This document shows, in pieces, positions 63,130-64,000 of a DNA stretch of 64,000 bases. This DNA comes from Opitutales bacterium (lineage in GTDB: Bacteria; Verrucomicrobiota; Verrucomicrobiia; Opitutales; Opitutaceae): NCBI GenBank assembly GCA_038212175.1, contig JBBQUU010000021.1:1969-65968 (forward strand). The letters are read 5' to 3'. The translations under genes and the position numbers were made by a program. Positions within the stretch are counted from its first letter, which is position 1. Each line of letters begins with the position of its first letter. Below the pieces are notes generated by a model. It had not been told where the DNA came from. It did no database searches and saw nothing but the letters and a program-made list of their open reading frames with translations.

Positions 63130-63738
63130 ATGAAATCCCAAAAGTTATTCTCCTATCTGTTCGCCGTCGGTGGCTTCGGGCTGGGGCTCGCCCACGCTCA
63201 AGCCAGCGACCGCGGTGCTGCCGGGCATCACGCTCCCGCTGACGCCCTCGATCGGCCCGCGGCCCTGCCCGAGAACAGAGGCGTGACCCCGGTGGCGTCC
63301 GGCGATCAGGTCAGGAAAGAGGATCGCGATTTTCTGACGAAGTCACTCCGGACCGGTGAAGATTTGGTGGACCTGGCGGACATCGCCTCAAGCCGGGCCG
63401 TGTTTCCTCAGGTGCGCGAGTTTGCCGAAGAAATCGCCTCCGCCTACACCAAGGCGAATAAGGAGCTGGAGGCCATCATCCTGCAAAAGGGTCTGCGTAT
63501 CGGGAGCCGCGATACGATCGCCGCGCGCGAACAGACGAAGAAATGGAATGAGAAGAGCGGCAACGAATTTGATGAGGACTACCTTGAGGCGATGATCGAC
63601 CTCCAAGAGGACTTGATCGGTCTCATGGACGATGTCGACGACTCAGAGGCCGACGTCGCCGCCTATTCGCGCCGGCATTTGCCCACCATCAAGGCGTACG
63701 TGGAACGCGCCAAAGCCATCCTGAAAGCCATCGATTAA
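63130..63738 (+). CDS. Secreted DUF4142-domain (ferritin-like) protein
   Basis: Signal peptide MKSQKLFSYLFAVGGFGLGLAHA. DRDFLTKSLRTGEDLVDLADIA..., VREFAEEI, FDEDYLEAMIDLQED. Confidence 0.7.
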   Translation: MKSQKLFSYLFAVGGFGLGLAHAQASDRGAAGHHAPADALDRPAALPENRGVTPVASGDQVRKEDRDFLTKSLRTGEDLVDLADIASSRAVFPQVREFAEEIASAYTKANKELEAIILQKGLRIGSRDTIAAREQTKKWNEKSGNEFDEDYLEAMIDLQEDLIGLMDDVDDSEADVAAYSRRHLPTIKAYVERAKAILKAID

Positions 63739-63799
63739 GCGTCGCCGTTCGATCCGTCGTTTTTCCCACCCATTTCGTCCACCCCTTTCCCCGCTCATC

Positions 63800-64000
63800 A
63801 TGCCCCAAGACCTTGCAGATTTCCTCGATGACCTCGGCAGTTACATCGAACAGCAAATCGCCCGACTTCCCGCTCCTCTCGCAGAGGCGCTTTCAAGAGC
63901 CGGCACCTTCTTGCCCACGCAAGACCTTCTAAACTTATTAAACCATCCCGAGGAAGCGGACCGGTTTTTGAAATCCGCTTCGGGAGCCCCGTCCGTCGCT
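63800..64000 (+). CDS. Hypothetical protein, first 67 codons (runs off right edge)
   Basis: ATG 63800. MPQDLADFLDDLGSYIEQQIARLPAPLAEALSRAG... stays open to the window end. Confidence 0.4.
   Translation, partial: MPQDLADFLDDLGSYIEQQIARLPAPLAEALSRAGTFLPTQDLLNLLNHPEEADRFLKSASGAPSVA

Overview
This is a 64-kb high-GC bacterial chromosomal segment. The gene content resembles a PVC/Verrucomicrobiota-type genome (permease-DtxR fusion like chlamydial YtgCR, several GC-rich intergenic repeat families, GxxExxY and four-helix-bundle mini-genes inside operons), but the taxon is inference only. The left part (2-35.7 kb, mostly minus strand) holds envelope genes (GT39-like, BASS transporter, murJ), a split pta, and an OleA/OleB-like + FabI + FabZ-like lipid operon. 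It also holds an amidohydrolase, a secreted transglutaminase-TPR protein, a decayed TMTC-like gene, adenine deaminase, a Tro/Ytg-like metal ABC operon with an OMP, cysC-cysD-cysN, an ABC-2 exporter and acylphosphatase. The best candidate for something new lies between the metal operon and cysN. It is a ~4-kb accessory island with strong C-over-G skew that reads as a relic type III-B (Cmr) CRISPR-Cas locus: a cmr4 fragment, a Cas_NE0113 fragment, a possible duplicated cmr5 start and a two-repeat mini-array. Three VapBC toxin-antitoxin modules have overwritten it. The right part (35.8-64 kb) holds an ECF sigma factor, single-domain response regulators, an IS remnant, PRC-barrel proteins, a YfiR-like/histidine-kinase pair and transglutaminase-family genes. 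It also holds a translationally coupled Rieske / cytochrome b-c / caa3 oxidase / CtaG operon, plus stress-type small genes (DUF883, dodecin, CsbD, two DUF2934, DUF4142, DUF3309) alongside a sigma-54 activator and a KaiC-histidine kinase pair. I recognised no rRNA or tRNA. Several gene fragments sit beside repeat elements. All family calls rest on motif recognition by eye; no searches were run.
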